Source of the DNA: Octopus bimaculoides
Lineage: Eukaryota
Length of the DNA: 64,000 nucleotides
Reading direction: 5' to 3'
Assembly (NCBI RefSeq): GCF_001194135.2
Contig: NC_068984.1
Coordinates: 14,976,700 to 15,040,699 of the forward strand
Shown here: one piece after another, positions 62,667 through 64,000 of the stretch
How positions within the stretch are numbered: the stretch's first letter is position 1
How the letters are laid out: each line of letters opens with the position of its first letter
Made by a program: the position numbers and the translations under genes
The notes under the pieces: generated by a model
The model's input: only the letters and a program-made list of their open reading frames with translations
What the model was told of the DNA's origin: nothing
The model's database searches: none

Positions 62667-62970
62667 CAGTGACGGACTTGCCAGCTTGCCCAATGGCAAG
62701 TGGGCCCCTGTGCCATTAAAATCCATATATGGGGGCCCATGTTAGTATCTAAGTTTGAGAATTTTTTATTCACTCCTGGAAGAAAGCATTAATTAATTCA
62801 ACCTGGCTGTGTTTGCAGACAGTTGAAAAGAAAACTTTTAACAAAAAAAGAAAGAAAAAAAAAGAAAAATTAAATGATAGCATTGTAGTTGCGGGTGGGC
62901 CCCCTTGTAGTTGTGGGTGGACCCCCTTAGTCTCCTGGCAACCAATACTTTTAGACCCAGTCCGCCACTG
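62667..62970. mobile_element. hAT-type MITE
   Basis: TIRs cagtgacggact / agtccgccactg; 8-bp TSD tatgtatg / tatatatg (1 mismatch). Confidence 0.75.
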
Positions 62971-63699
62971 TATATATGTCATTTACACATAGCGATCGTA
63001 AGAACCAGTTGTTAAAACTCAATATGGATGTGTAGTAAAGCATTAGGTAGGTACAAAACATGATATTAATTAATGAATTACAAAGGAACATGAGTCACAT
63101 AACCAAGTTCATTAGCTTACAGGCGTTTCTGTTATAAGAAGCATTGCATTCATAGTTGACTGCTTGTGCAACATCTCACAGTTTCTTCAAAGCCAAATAA
63201 GAACTCAACTCTGAGTGCACTGCATAGTATTAGTAGGAACGCCTGTAAGCTAAAGTTGATTACATTACCCTGTTCTGTTGTCATTCATTAATTCATATAT
63301 GCACATGCTAGAAACACTGCTTCAATATCACGACAACACACATACATACATATAAGTCTCTCAATGAGGGCAGTGCACCATGTGCCAAACCTTGAGCCTG
63401 GCACTAAATTGGCCTTGCCCCTCATAAAGAAGAGCAGAGCAAGACTAACTCACATTGAGACGCTCATTGGTGGCTGTACTATGCTGATATCAACTACTGT
63501 TCTAACACAAGAATAGAAATGACTCGAGAGAGGGAGCAAGAGGAGGAGGTGGAGTTAAGACTGACAGTGTATACTCCTTGTATATGTATGCATATGCACA
63601 TTATATACGCATGTGTATATACAATATATATGTATGCATATGTGTATATACAACATATATGTATGCACATATTATTATAATACATATATATCATCATCA

Positions 63700-64000
63700 T
63701 CATCTGACTGTGGCCATGCTGGAGCACCACCTTTAGTCAAACAAATCAACCCCAGGACTTATTCTTCGTAAGCCCAGTACTTATCCTATCAGTCTTTTTG
63801 CCAAACTGCTAAGTTACGGGAACGTAAACACAGTTGTCAAGCGATGGAGGGGGGAACAAACACACACACACATACAAACAAACATATACATATATGACAG
63901 GCTTCTTTCCATCTACCAAATCCACTCACAAGGCTTTGGTTGCCCCAAGGCTATAGTAGAAGACATTTGCCCAAGGTGCCACGCAGTGTGAGTGAACCCA
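63700..64000 (-). mobile_element. SINE family B composite, cut by the window end
   Basis: Reverse complement of the 57335-57735 type. Confidence 0.75.

Overview
AT-rich, repeat-dense eukaryotic DNA with N gaps from a draft assembly. The tRNA-derived SINEs, (GAT)n-tailed RTE repeats and microsatellite load suggest an octopus or other coleoid cephalopod (inference). Two spliced housekeeping genes lie head-to-head, 3.77 kb apart. OXA1L is on the minus strand (9 coding exons, 29340->16756, 430 aa). SLC7A6OS/Iwr1 is on the plus strand (5 coding exons, 33107->40081, about 358 aa). All exon phases close with GT-AG introns. The rest is transposon-derived: two Penelope-like elements (PLEs), two mariner relics, a 5'-truncated CRE-clade RLE retrotransposon in the shared promoter region, RTE LINE 3' ends, several SINE families, Tc1/mariner-, hAT- and piggyBac-type MITEs, and minisatellites. 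The main finding is four sequence-unrelated type I hammerhead ribozyme (HHR) or HHR-like motifs. (1) A well-formed HHR at the apex of a rod-like fold inside a 351-bp unit bounded by an 18-bp direct repeat, retrozyme-like (1398-1766). (2) A minimal HHR with a long stem II downstream of a PLE (42601-42697). (3) A 180-bp palindrome made of two HHR-like motifs of opposite polarity (46196-46374). (4) A 350-bp palindrome carrying split HHR core motifs (10107-10454). All folds were derived by eye; nothing was computed or searched.
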